From Nitrospirota bacterium (GTDB lineage: Bacteria; Nitrospirota; UBA9217): a stretch of 64,000 nucleotides of DNA. The translations under genes were made by a program, and so were the position numbers. The stretch spans positions 512,001 through 576,000 of the forward strand of contig CAWJQQ010000009.1 in assembly GCA_963845065.1 (NCBI GenBank), in the 5' to 3' direction. Under the pieces are notes generated by a model that searched no databases, was not told the origin of the DNA, and saw nothing but the letters and a program-made list of their open reading frames with translations. Of the stretch, positions 31,625 through 41,867 are shown in pieces; the stretch's first letter is position 1, and the number at the start of each line of letters is the position of its first letter.

Positions 31625-32149
31625 TTACCTCTTCAAATACAACTCCACCACGGTCGCCCACGTTTTATACCCGTTATTTGTTAAATGCACGCCATCATCG
31701 CACAGATACCCGCGTATGGGATTTCCCTTCGCATCCACGAAGAGGCTGTAAACGTCAAGATAATCCGCATCATGTTCGCGAGCAATATCCATTAGATGGC
31801 AGTTGGTATTTTTGATGATGTTGTTACTGATCCACGTTAACCCCACAGGCAGAATGCTCTGGATTACGATTTTTGATTTTTTGTACCACGTAGTCAGGTT
31901 GCGGATTATCTCCCGGTAAGGGGAAAGAATATCATTCTGGCCGTTCACGATGTTGTTGATGCCGGTCATGAGGAAGATCAAATCAGGGTTATCCACGATA
32001 GAACGGATATGTTCTCCGCGAGCCAGAAGACCCTCTACTGTTTCTCCTGAGATCCCGAGGTTCATGACTCGATGCCCGGGAAAGCGGCCCTCCCAATCGA
32101 ACCACTGGGTCAAGGAATCGCCGATGAATATGATGTTTGACATAGGCAT
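31625..32149 (-). CDS. SGNH/GDSL hydrolase
   Basis: FIGDSLT, NLGISG, GINN, DGVHL. Confidence 0.92.
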   Translation of the reverse strand: MPMSNIIFIGDSLTQWFDWEGRFPGHRVMNLGISGETVEGLLARGEHIRSIVDNPDLIFLMTGINNIVNGQNDILSPYREIIRNLTTWYKKSKIVIQSILPVGLTWISNNIIKNTNCHLMDIAREHDADYLDVYSLFVDAKGNPIRGYLCDDGVHLTNNGYKTWATVVELYLKR

Positions 32150-32628
32150 TTTGACTCTGGTTAACATCGAAAAAATATGATCGAATCAGCTTCGTGTCTG
32201 CCCCAAAAAAAAAGATTTCTCAGTGTTGAGCACGAAGACGTCTGCTCCATTGACCCAGAGGGAAGGTAAATCTTTAATATTCCGGATGACATCGTCATAA
32301 TACATGGCCTAGTAATTGCAGCCAAGATTGATGTCCAATTCTGTAAGTGCGCTGGTCATAGTCTGTCTCGCGCCAGAAGAAGGAGCTGCAGATCTTGGAC
32401 ATGTATACATAAATCTTCAGAGACGTAATGATCTGTCGAAAAATGATAATCCACTGTTTAGACAATCCCAGCTGTTGTAAAAACGTGGGTGCGAGACGGG
32501 CACAGAGAGAGGCAGTTGGAGATTGGGAATGGAAAAAAGGAGAATAAAAAATTTGGCTTACTATCTCACCGTTTTTTTATTATAGTTTTCCTCTGTGCTC
32601 TCGCTAATTCCGTGGCCTAAATCGATAT

Positions 32629-32859
32629 TTACCCAACATGGATGATCTGGACCGGGCACGAATCGGCGGCTTCCTTTATCTTGTCCAGGAGTTCTGCCGG
32701 CGCATCCCCCTGCGCGGGATCGCCGCTCACAGAGTATTTCGGCGTGATCTCGCTCCAGTTATCAACAGTGTTCTGCTGAAAAAATTCCGGGCACGTGGCC
32801 CAGCATGATTCACAGCTGATGCATTCTTCTCGGTCTATTGTGACTTTTGTGTTTGCCAT
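32629..32859 (-). CDS. Single-cluster ferredoxin
   Basis: CISCESC-x3-CP...AADSCPVQII. Confidence 0.9.
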   Translation of the reverse strand: MANTKVTIDREECISCESCWATCPEFFQQNTVDNWSEITPKYSVSGDPAQGDAPAELLDKIKEAADSCPVQIIHVG

Positions 32860-32921
32860 GATGTACCGTCCTTCCGTTGATGATTCATGATGATGCGCTC
32901 ATTGGGACCGCGGCGCTACAG

Positions 32922-33236
32922 TTATTCCTTTGCAAGCACGTCTTCAATCCACGAGAGCGCGGCCGATACGTTAGGGAAGCCAATGGTGCTCGTGAGCAGG
33001 ATGACCGCATGCCTGATCTCGTCCGGTTTCGCGCCTGCTGCAAGCGCCCGTCGCACGTGGGAGTGGACCGAGCCTTCCGAACGCACGGACGCTGCCGCGG
33101 CCAGTTGGATGAGTCTTGCCGTTTTTTCATTCAACGGTCCCGCGGCCTTGGTAGCCTTGCCAAGGTTTTCGACGGCCTTCATCACCCCTTTGTATCTTTT
33201 CTGGATCCCAACGTACTGCGCAGGTAATTTGGGCAT
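32922..33236 (-). CDS. Carboxymuconolactone decarboxylase / AhpD-like protein
   Basis: GPLNEKTARLIQL, SEGSVHSH, STIGFP; GAGGAG RBS. Confidence 0.88.
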   Translation of the reverse strand: MPKLPAQYVGIQKRYKGVMKAVENLGKATKAAGPLNEKTARLIQLAAAASVRSEGSVHSHVRRALAAGAKPDEIRHAVILLTSTIGFPNVSAALSWIEDVLAKE

Positions 33237-33728
33237 AAGATATCTCCTCTCGTTTCGTACGGCGATTGTTCTGAATGGTGTACCTGGTCGCATCTAGCCC
33301 TACTCGAGATATGCAGAACATATACTATATAGTTTAGGCAATTAAAAGGCATTAGTCAAGAAGCGGGATAATTTTGACCCGTATTGACAATCAATTTTTG
33401 TCTGCGTATGTTATCATTATGTTAAAGATTATTTTAACGTAAAGATGCCTCAAGTCGAGTTTTAGACGTAGCACTGTTACTGCAGTTCCCGTACTCTTCG
33501 GCAGCGGCCAAGCTAACGATAAAAAGACTGTTATGCGGGGATTCAAGGAGGTCCACGAAATCGTGAGGTGGCTGGTTAAAACCGTGATCAAAAATGCCAA
33601 AAAAGGGCGGAAGACCGTCGAGAAAAAGGTGGATGTGGACTGGAAAATAGCGGACAAATAAGCGCAAAAAACCTGAAAGAAGGTTGGAGAAGATATGGGG
33701 AAAGGACTGAAGGATTGATGTAGTTTAA

Positions 33729-34412
33729 CGTCTCCACCGAGAATTCCCCTTCCGTAAGGGAGGGGATGAAAAGCAACATTTTTGACAAGATTTGATCCAC
33801 GTGCTATCTTTTACACTACTGCAATGTTGAAAATAAAAACTTATAAATACTGCATCTATCCAACGAAGAAACGGACATTGATTCTTACTCAAACCCTTGA
33901 TGCCTGTCAGATACTCTGTAATTTATGTATCGTAGACAGAAAAAACGCTTTTGAAAAGACTGGCAAAAGGATTATGGGGATACGACGGCAAGAGATCCTT
34001 AAGATCGATAAAAGCAAAATAAATTCCCTTGATGGCATCCACTCTCAAGTCCTGCAGAATGTTTTGTTTCGCATTGACCGGTCCTTTCAGAATCCCTTTC
34101 GCAGGGTTAAAGACAAGTCCGGGAAAGCCGGTTACCCGAGGTTTAAGGGTATAGGACAGTACGACTCCATCCATTATCCACAGGCTCCAGGGTTCCAGCT
34201 AACGCCGCGAGAACGAGTCCCCAAAATGCTTTCCGACAGGGTGCATAGTTGCCCTTTCTGTAAGACCGTTCAAGACCGTGACCACAACACTGCAGTAAAT
34301 AATATAAAAAAGTCTACGGCAGGAACTGCCGAAATCTGCGCTTGGGGAGAGGCGGTGCCTCAATGCCCTCAACGAACCAAGAAGCCTCGTCCGCAATGGC
34401 GAGGTAGTTCAC
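33729..34412 (+). mobile_element. tnpB: IS200/IS605 (IS1341-like) element with internally deleted tnpB (ATG at 33824)
   Basis: Left-end hairpin GAATTCCCCTTCCGTAAGGGAGGGGATGAA; TYKYCIYP, HSQVLQNV and GYPRFK joined to LSDRVHSCPFC...DRDHN; right end ...GGTAGTTCAC. Confidence 0.85.
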
Positions 34413-34521
34413 TGTGCGCACCGATGATCTCGAAAATCCAGATTGACTTTCACGCGTCACCATTATATGCTGTCGCCGCCCGCTTCCATTTCCTGAGGAC
34501 CCTTCCTAGACGAGGCATGAC

Positions 34522-37134
34522 ATGATCCTGAACAAAATCCAGGAAGCTGCTGAGCGATATCCGGACACGATTGCCGTCCAGATGAAGACAGGCGACCGGT
34601 ACCAGCAATATACCTACAGACAGTTGTTGCGCCAGATCGCCTCCGTCGCCCAATCCCTGTCCGGGCAAGGCATCGTAAAGGGGGACCGTGTCGCACTCTT
34701 TTCTGAGAACCGACCCGAGTGGATGTTCGTTTACCTGGCCACGGTATCGCTGGGTGCGGTAATCGTGCCTCTTGACGCGCAACTCACGGAAAAAGAGGTA
34801 GCCATTCTCCTGGCAAGCTCGGAGACAAAGGCTGTTTTCGTATCGTCAACGACAACCCAGAAACTTCCCCGCAACGGTTCCATCACGGTCATCTCTTTTG
34901 ACGCGGGTAGCCAGATATCTTTCCCGGAGATGGTTGCCGCCTATCCCGATGCTCTGCTCCCGCCTGCTCCTGCTTCGGGAGACCTTGCAGCTCTCCTGTT
35001 CACTTCCGGCACTACTGGAGATCCGAAAGGCGTGATGCTGTCTCACGGCAATTTGGCGTCAAATTGCGTGAGCTGTATCAAGCTTGACCTTGTCCATCAC
35101 GATGATAACATGCTCTGTCTTCTCCCGTTGCACCATACCTACCCTACAATGGCGGCCATGTTGCTGTGCTTTTCGACTGGAGCCACGATCACTCTCCTGA
35201 ACAGCCTCAAAGGCCCTGATATTCTTGCCTGCATGCAAGAAAGGAAGATCAGCATTCTGCTTGGCGTACCGCAGCTGTTTACGGGCCTTCGCCGTGCCAT
35301 CTTTGAGGCAATCCAGAAGAAACCGGCGCCCGTGAGGCTGATGGTCGGACTCCTACTCGCACTAAACGGACTGCTGAGAAGGACTGTGGGTGTGAACATA
35401 GGCAAGGCTGCGTTCGGCAAGGTGCACGCGATGTTCGGTCCAGCATTCAGGCTCTTTGCGAGCGGTGGGGCACGACTCGATCCAGACGTGTACACCGATA
35501 TGACCAACCTCGGGTTCATAGTCATAGAGGGGTATGGATTGACAGAGACCTCGCCGGTGGCCACCTTTAACCCTCTCTCGAAGCAAAAAGCAGGCTCCAT
35601 CGGTATCCCCGTACCCGGTGTATCGGTCAGGATCGCGAATGTCGATGAGAACGGCCATGGTGAGATCGCGATCCGTGGTTTTAACGTGATGCTCGGGTAC
35701 TACAAGAAACCGCAGGATACAGCGGAGGTAATACGGGATGGCTGGTTCTACAGCGGAGACCTCGGCTACCGCGACAAAGATGGATACTTTTTCATCACCG
35801 GCAGATCCAAAGAAATGATTGTGCTAGCAACAGGAAAAAAAATTTTCCCCGACGAACTTGAGAAGTTTTATAAACAAATTCCTTTCATCAAGGAAATCTG
35901 TCTGCTTCAGGGCAACCACGGGCTGGAGGCCGCGGTCGTACCAGACTTTGAATATCTCAGGAAGATGAACATGTCGAACTCCCGAGAGACAATTGCTTTT
36001 GAGATCGAGGATCTCTCCAAGGATCTCCCACCCTACAAGCGGATCACGGGACTTAAAATATTCAAAGACCCCTTTCCGGTCACGAGACTTGGCAAGCTCA
36101 GAAGGATAAAGATAAAGGAACTTTATGACACGGGCGGCGAGCGTGCCGAGAAGTCAGCGCAGGAAATTGACACAGGTCTGCTGCAAGATCCAGTGGCCAG
36201 AAAAGTGCTGGCATGCCTTGAACCTTTTTCCTCAAAGAAGAAAATTATGCCGGATGACAATCTTGAACTCGACCTCGGTTTTGACTCGCTCACGCGCGTA
36301 GAACTAGTCGTGAGCATCGAGAAATCTTTTGACATCTCGGTTCCCGAATCCTTCGGTTCCGAGGTATTCACCGTCAGGGACTTGATCCAGAAAATCAATG
36401 ACATGCTAACTGCAGGATCGATTGCGTCTAAAAAGAATGTGAAGATATCCTGGTCGGAAATCTTGGCCATGGAACCATCGGCATATTTGGCGTTATCTCT
36501 GAGGTTTGATCCAGGTCCGCTGCTCAACGTTCTGCGCTATACGCTCAAGGTGGCGCTCAAACTCATATATATCGTATATGGTCAGCTTTCAGTTCGTGGT
36601 ATGGAAAATCTTCCTTCGAAGGGCGCCTATATTCTCGCACCGAACCATCTGAGTTTAGCTGATGCTCCCGCAATTGTTTCCGCAGTATCCTGGCATGTTG
36701 CTACCCAAACGTTTTTCCTCGGGACAACTGATTATTTCGGCGGTCCGTTCTCCTCCAAAATAGCCGGCTACATCAACGTGATTCCCGTAAACATGGAAGT
36801 ACGACTTTACGGCGCAATGCAGATGTCGGCCCACGTGCTTCGGCATAACAAGGTCCTGTGCGTCTTCCCAGAAGGAGGGCGCTCGCGCGATGGTAATATC
36901 AAAGAATTTAAAAAGGGCGTCGGCATTATCGCAAAAGAATTGAACATCCCGATCATCCCCGTCGCGATCATGGGGACTTACGAAATGCTGCCACCCGGCA
37001 AGAGGTTCCCAAGGCCTGCCCAGATCAGTGTGACGTTCGGCAAGCCGGTTTACCCTGAAGGTAAGGATTACGACGAGATCGTGAAAACATTGTACCAGAA
37101 AGTGGTTGAGTTACTGGGGCAGGAACATTCCTGA
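34522..37134 (+). CDS. Long-chain acyl-CoA/ACP synthetase - ACP - PlsC acyltransferase fusion (Aas-like)
   Basis: FTSGTTGDPKG, EGYGLTE, GDLG; ACP motif LGFDSL; PNHLSLAD and FPEGGRS acyltransferase motifs. Confidence 0.92.
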   Translation: MILNKIQEAAERYPDTIAVQMKTGDRYQQYTYRQLLRQIASVAQSLSGQGIVKGDRVALFSENRPEWMFVYLATVSLGAVIVPLDAQLTEKEVAILLASSETKAVFVSSTTTQKLPRNGSITVISFDAGSQISFPEMVAAYPDALLPPAPASGDLAALLFTSGTTGDPKGVMLSHGNLASNCVSCIKLDLVHHDDNMLCLLPLHHTYPTMAAMLLCFSTGATITLLNSLKGPDILACMQERKISILLGVPQLFTGLRRAIFEAIQKKPAPVRLMVGLLLALNGLLRRTVGVNIGKAAFGKVHAMFGPAFRLFASGGARLDPDVYTDMTNLGFIVIEGYGLTETSPVATFNPLSKQKAGSIGIPVPGVSVRIANVDENGHGEIAIRGFNVMLGYYKKPQDTAEVIRDGWFYSGDLGYRDKDGYFFITGRSKEMIVLATGKKIFPDELEKFYKQIPFIKEICLLQGNHGLEAAVVPDFEYLRKMNMSNSRETIAFEIEDLSKDLPPYKRITGLKIFKDPFPVTRLGKLRRIKIKELYDTGGERAEKSAQEIDTGLLQDPVARKVLACLEPFSSKKKIMPDDNLELDLGFDSLTRVELVVSIEKSFDISVPESFGSEVFTVRDLIQKINDMLTAGSIASKKNVKISWSEILAMEPSAYLALSLRFDPGPLLNVLRYTLKVALKLIYIVYGQLSVRGMENLPSKGAYILAPNHLSLADAPAIVSAVSWHVATQTFFLGTTDYFGGPFSSKIAGYINVIPVNMEVRLYGAMQMSAHVLRHNKVLCVFPEGGRSRDGNIKEFKKGVGIIAKELNIPIIPVAIMGTYEMLPPGKRFPRPAQISVTFGKPVYPEGKDYDEIVKTLYQKVVELLGQEHS

Positions 37135-37209
37135 GGGATATTCGAAATCAATGTCATTTTCAGTTGCCTTTTTCCCCTGTCGGTAACAAACGGTTAAGGA
37201 TAGAAATAG

Positions 37210-38106
37210 ATGAAATCTGTCAAGCTGCCGCTCATACTCTGTTTGATATTGTTGCTGACGTCCTGTGTTTCGACCCAGGGACCACCGGTTGTAGGGACGC
37301 CAAGGCCGAAAATAGCGCTTGTGCTAGGCGGCGGTGCAGCCCGGGGTTTTGCACATGTCGGCGTGATACGGGTACTTGAGCAAGAGAAGATTCCCATTGA
37401 CATGATTGTTGGCACCAGTGTCGGGAGCCTCATCGGGGCGATTTATGCCTACGATGTCAATAGCTTTGACCTGGAGTGGACGGCGTTTTCACTCGAAAAA
37501 GACGACCTGTTCGATTTTGGGATACTGACGGCAATTACCGGAATGGGCGCTGCAAAGGGAGAAAAGCTGGAGACATTCGTAAAGAGCAAGGTCTTAGTTC
37601 CGAATATCGAGAACCTCAAAATCCCCTTTGCAGCTGTCGCCACGGACCTGAATCTGGGAACGCGGGTAGTGCTAGACCGGGGATCCGTAGCAAAGGCAGT
37701 CCGCGCGAGCAGCGCCATCCCGGGAGTGTTTAATCCTGTGGATTATCAGGGGAAGCTCCTCGTGGACGGGGGGTTGATAGATGATATCCCCATCTCCGTT
37801 GCGCGGGAGCGGGGCGCGGACCTGGTCATTGCAGTGGACATCAGCGAAAACGTGATTAACTATAATATTACAAACCTCGTCGACGTGATACTCCAGGCCG
37901 TTACCATAATGGCCTTCGAGAACGTGAAGTATAAACGGAAAGAGGCCGATGTGCTCATTTCTCCTGCCGTGGGGAACGTGGGCATGCTGGACTTTACTCA
38001 GAAAAAAAGGTGTATGCAGGCTGGCATTGATGCTGCACAGAAGGCAATGCCAGAGATCAAAAAGAAGATCGAGGAATGGGAGAAGAAAAACGCGGTAAAA
38101 AAATAA
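37210..38106 (+). CDS. Patatin-like phospholipase lipoprotein
   Basis: LTSC lipobox, GGGAARG, GTSVG, DGG. Confidence 0.92.
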   Translation: MKSVKLPLILCLILLLTSCVSTQGPPVVGTPRPKIALVLGGGAARGFAHVGVIRVLEQEKIPIDMIVGTSVGSLIGAIYAYDVNSFDLEWTAFSLEKDDLFDFGILTAITGMGAAKGEKLETFVKSKVLVPNIENLKIPFAAVATDLNLGTRVVLDRGSVAKAVRASSAIPGVFNPVDYQGKLLVDGGLIDDIPISVARERGADLVIAVDISENVINYNITNLVDVILQAVTIMAFENVKYKRKEADVLISPAVGNVGMLDFTQKKRCMQAGIDAAQKAMPEIKKKIEEWEKKNAVKK

Positions 38107-38608
38107 TGTTTGATATCCATAAAAGCTGATAGATGGAAAAATGCAGCATCATGTAGATTTTGATAGAAAAGGTTGTAACTTCTGCTGTCTAATCCCAGGC
38201 ATCATGGACTCGTTTTGTCTGAATCAACCTATGATGCTTGTTATTATCACGAACTTCGGAACGAGTTGTTACCTTCGAGAGGCAAAAACCACTGCCCCAG
38301 ACCCCAGAATGTAAGGGCATCAATTTGACGTTATATATGGATAGAGCATGTGGGGTATCCCGCGCTGGATGCCTAAATCGCTGCTATCGGATGGATGTTG
38401 TAGTTGACGCCAAAGCTATTGTGAATATTAAATGCGTTGTTAAAAAATATGGACAGTCCATAAGGCTCAAAATCTACACTTTTTTTAGCAATTCTAAAGT
38501 ATGAATATTGGTTTGATCATAAATTATCACTCTGAATTTATTTAAGGCGAAATCAAAAGGCATGTTTTCTAGCTTCTATGTCTTCGGATCATCCTAAGGA
38601 CTTTTTTA

Positions 38609-39460
38609 ATGCTGAAAAAAATAAAAATTATACTCGAAATGATCAAGTTTGAACACACGATCTTCGCACTGCCGTTCGCCTTTACCGGTGCGCTGCTCGC
38701 AGCGCATGAGATCCCGCCTTGGAAGACAGTTCTCTGGATAATTGTGGCAATGGTAGGTGCGCGTTCAGCGGCCATGGGATTCAATCGTTGGGCCGACAGA
38801 AAATTTGACGCTGAAAACCCCCGTACGAAAGAGCGCGCCTTACCGAAAGGACTTGTGACATCCCGGCAGGTCGTCGTCTTTATCGCGGCCTCGTCAGCCC
38901 TGCTTGTCTTCGCAGCTTATATGCTAAACCCGCTGGCGTTTGCACTGTCACCAGTTGCGCTTGCCATCGTATTCTTTTATTCCTATACCAAGCGGTTTAC
39001 GTTCCTATCCCATGCCTTCCTTGGGCTCGGCATCTCTGGCGCGCCCCTGGGTGCTTGGATCGCGGTCACGGGGAGATTCGATACCCCAGCGTTTGTGCTC
39101 AGCGCAGCAGTGCTTTTCTGGCTTTTGGGGTTCGATGTGCTATATGCGCTCCAGGACATCGATTTTGACAACAGGGCCGGGCTCCATTCAATACCTCAGC
39201 AGTTCGGCATCGGACGTTCGCTCTGGATTTCTCGGATTTCCCATGTAATCACTATGGTGATGCTTTTCTGGCTATCGTCGCTGCTTTCGCTCGGAAGGTA
39301 CTATCGTGCTGGCGTGCTTCTCTCACTGGCCCTGATCGTTTATGAACATTCACTCGTACGGAAGAATGATCTCTCAAAGCTTAATTTTGCGTTCTTTAAC
39401 ATGAATGGGTATATCAGCGTAACGATATTTCTATTCACACTGCTCGATATTCTTCTATGA
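38609..39460 (+). CDS. UbiA-family prenyltransferase (MqnP-like)
   Basis: IKFEHTIFALPFA, NRWADRKFDAENPRT, YSYTKRF, YALQDIDFD. Confidence 0.9.
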   Translation: MLKKIKIILEMIKFEHTIFALPFAFTGALLAAHEIPPWKTVLWIIVAMVGARSAAMGFNRWADRKFDAENPRTKERALPKGLVTSRQVVVFIAASSALLVFAAYMLNPLAFALSPVALAIVFFYSYTKRFTFLSHAFLGLGISGAPLGAWIAVTGRFDTPAFVLSAAVLFWLLGFDVLYALQDIDFDNRAGLHSIPQQFGIGRSLWISRISHVITMVMLFWLSSLLSLGRYYRAGVLLSLALIVYEHSLVRKNDLSKLNFAFFNMNGYISVTIFLFTLLDILL

Positions 39461-39623
39461 CAAGAACAAAAAAAAATCTGAGAGCTGCCGATTGACAAAG
39501 AATGGGAATACTGCTAGTTTATACCACTATGTTTTATTTACCTACGATGTAGTGGGCCAGAAAAAGGCTCCGTCGATATATAAAGAAGCACATTATTTCA
39601 CTCAGAAAAGGAGAAGAACAGTC

Positions 39624-40322
39624 ATGAAGAGAAGTCTAGTAATCATTATGTGTGTATCGCTTGTCGCAGGCACGGCTTTTGGCGAGGAAAAGCAGGCGTT
39701 GACGACTCAAAAAGAAAAATTGAGCTATGCCATTGGCATTGATATGGGTACAAGTCTGAAAAAGAACGCCATCGACGTGGATCCTAATATCGTGTACAAA
39801 GGAATTAAAGATGCCCTATCAGGCGGCACACGGCTCATGACAGATCAGGAACTCAAGGACACAATCCAGACGGCGCAAAAGGAACTTATGGCGAAGCAGC
39901 AGCAGAAAATGAAGGACCTTGCTGAGAAGAACAAGAAAGAAGGAGAGGAATTCCTGGCCGCAAACAAAAAAAAACCAGGGGTGAAAACCCTGCCTAGTGG
40001 TCTGCAGTATAAAGTCATTACAGAGGGAAAGGGCAAGATGCCCAAGGCAACAGATACGGTAACAGTTAATTATAAAGGCATGCTTATCGATGGCACTGTA
40101 TTCGACAGTTCGTATAAACGCAACGCACCGTCTACCTTCCCTGTGACCGGAGTGATCAAAGGTTGGACAGAGGCATTACAGTTGATGAAAGAGGGGTCCA
40201 AGTGGGAACTCTTCATTCCCGCTGATCTCGCATACGGGGAGCGGGGTGGTGGCCCTATTGGCCCGAATGCGGTCTTGATTTTCGAGGTGGAGTTGCTTTC
40301 GATCAAGTCCAATGCGAAGTAG
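39624..40322 (+). CDS. FKBP-type peptidyl-prolyl isomerase (FkpA/Mip-like)
   Basis: Signal peptide, SYAIG, SGLQY, FDSS, VIKGWTEAL, LAYG, LIFEVELL. Confidence 0.95.
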   Translation: MKRSLVIIMCVSLVAGTAFGEEKQALTTQKEKLSYAIGIDMGTSLKKNAIDVDPNIVYKGIKDALSGGTRLMTDQELKDTIQTAQKELMAKQQQKMKDLAEKNKKEGEEFLAANKKKPGVKTLPSGLQYKVITEGKGKMPKATDTVTVNYKGMLIDGTVFDSSYKRNAPSTFPVTGVIKGWTEALQLMKEGSKWELFIPADLAYGERGGGPIGPNAVLIFEVELLSIKSNAK

Positions 40323-40727
40323 TTCGCTCGCAGCAAAACTGTGAACGAAACAGAAAATTATGTGGGAAATGTTAAAACTATTTTACTCTTTTTCGCTCTA
40401 AAACCTTTGCCTTTAGACCGGGGATATATATGGCGCTGTCGAACTTTGGCTAAGATTGGCAAACATAAAAGAACCAACTATAATTGAAAATATGTCCACG
40501 TCAGGGAGAAAACTAATCTCTGCGTTGTTCTTTGAAACCAGAAGAATGGGGTTCCGATGTCGTGATTTACGACCAACGTAGGGAACCTTCAGAACTATTG
40601 GACAAAAGCGCGGTTCTATAAAGAAATAACCATGAGACGACAGGTGCCTCTTGGAGTAGTGGCTATTTAACACAGCCGACGGTCAACCGGTTTGCCTGAA
40701 GAAAAACCAGGCGAGTTTCATTAGCCC

Positions 40728-40846
40728 ATGAATCGGGGATGTGGCAAACATCTTTGCCGCATCTGTAAACAAAATCAGTATTGGCTCGCAGTAGCAGTAG
40801 AGCCTGATGCGGGAATCCCTGGCCTTCAGGCCAGGGAGGACGTCAA
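40728..40846 (+). mobile_element. Orphan tnpB 3' end / IS200/IS605 right end
   Basis: GGGAATCCCTGGCCTTCAGGCCAGGGAGGACGTCAA: hairpin plus terminal TCAA. Confidence 0.7.
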
Positions 40847-40947
40847 AACTCCCTTCCTTATTTTTTTCTTGTTAGCATAACAGGGTGACAAGGTATGGTT
40901 TTTTTGATTTAACTTGAGGAAGAGACCTCTCGCTTTAATGCAGGGGA

Positions 40948-41745
40948 TCACTTCTGGAGCGCCACTTCTCCGCCCCATTCCTTCAGCTTTTCCGTAATGA
41001 AGTCGATGATCTGCTGATGTTCATCGATACCGCGGTCCCTGACCCAAAGCGGACTTCCAAAGGCGATATGGACTGTTTTTGCGGGTACGATCCTGCCGAA
41101 ATCCTTAAGGAATTTTCCGTTGCCCCAAGCGTCGGTTTTGAGCGCAATGGGCACGACCGGCACGCCCGCTTTTTTTGCGAGTTTAATCCCGATCGAATTG
41201 AATTGTTCAGGATCGAAGATTGGTGTGCGCGTGGTCTGCGGGAAAATAATGATAGATGTGCCGGCTTTCAGGCGTTCGGAACCTCCTTCCAACACCGCCC
41301 TCAAATCCTCCCGCGGGTTTGCTCTTCCGACGGTTATGGGGTTCCTCGAACGCATGACATATTTGAAAACCGGGTACTCAACGAGACTTTGTTTTACGAC
41401 AAAGGTCGCTTCTTTGAATGAAGAAATGAGGACTGGAAGGACGAAGGTCTCGAGTGTGCTCATGTGGTTGCCGATAAATATGCAGGGGCCTTCGAGCGAC
41501 CGAAAATAATCGATGCCGGTGACCTCGATTCTGCTTCCGACGTACTCAAGTGCGCGGAGGCTGTCAAGGCTGCTTACGCACCACTCTGACGTACCGTAAG
41601 AGCCTTGTCTTGCTTTTTTACTGGCCCTCCGGACGATTCGGATAAGATTGAGGTAAAACAAGAACGAAGGAAAGAGTCTAGCAAGGACCGGTACCTGCCC
41701 CGGCGTTGTGGTATAGGAACTACTTTGCAAGTCTATCGAATTCAC
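40948..41745 (-). CDS. 1-acyl-sn-glycerol-3-phosphate acyltransferase family protein
   Basis: NHMSTLET, FVVK, IFPQTTR, PVVPIAL (variant HxxxxE motif). Confidence 0.85.
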   Translation of the reverse strand: MNSIDLQSSSYTTTPGQVPVLARLFPSFLFYLNLIRIVRRASKKARQGSYGTSEWCVSSLDSLRALEYVGSRIEVTGIDYFRSLEGPCIFIGNHMSTLETFVLPVLISSFKEATFVVKQSLVEYPVFKYVMRSRNPITVGRANPREDLRAVLEGGSERLKAGTSIIIFPQTTRTPIFDPEQFNSIGIKLAKKAGVPVVPIALKTDAWGNGKFLKDFGRIVPAKTVHIAFGSPLWVRDRGIDEHQQIIDFITEKLKEWGGEVALQK

Positions 41746-41867
41746 ACCTGTGCTCCGATATCATGAATTATTTTCGTTACAAAATTTTAGTATACCATGA
41801 TAGGGAGAAAGAGTGAAGGGAGAAATATGGATCCGGAAACCGCTGTGGAACAACAGATGGTAACGGA

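Noticed and set aside
33440..33720. Lys-rich plus-strand frame as a small secreted protein
   Set aside because: Interrupted by stops and has no clear start; at most a remnant
40670..40725. c-di-GMP-I riboswitch-like GGCAAAC on the minus strand
   Set aside because: Lacks the GAAA-capped stem and the GCAAAGCC continuation, and does not precede a minus-strand gene
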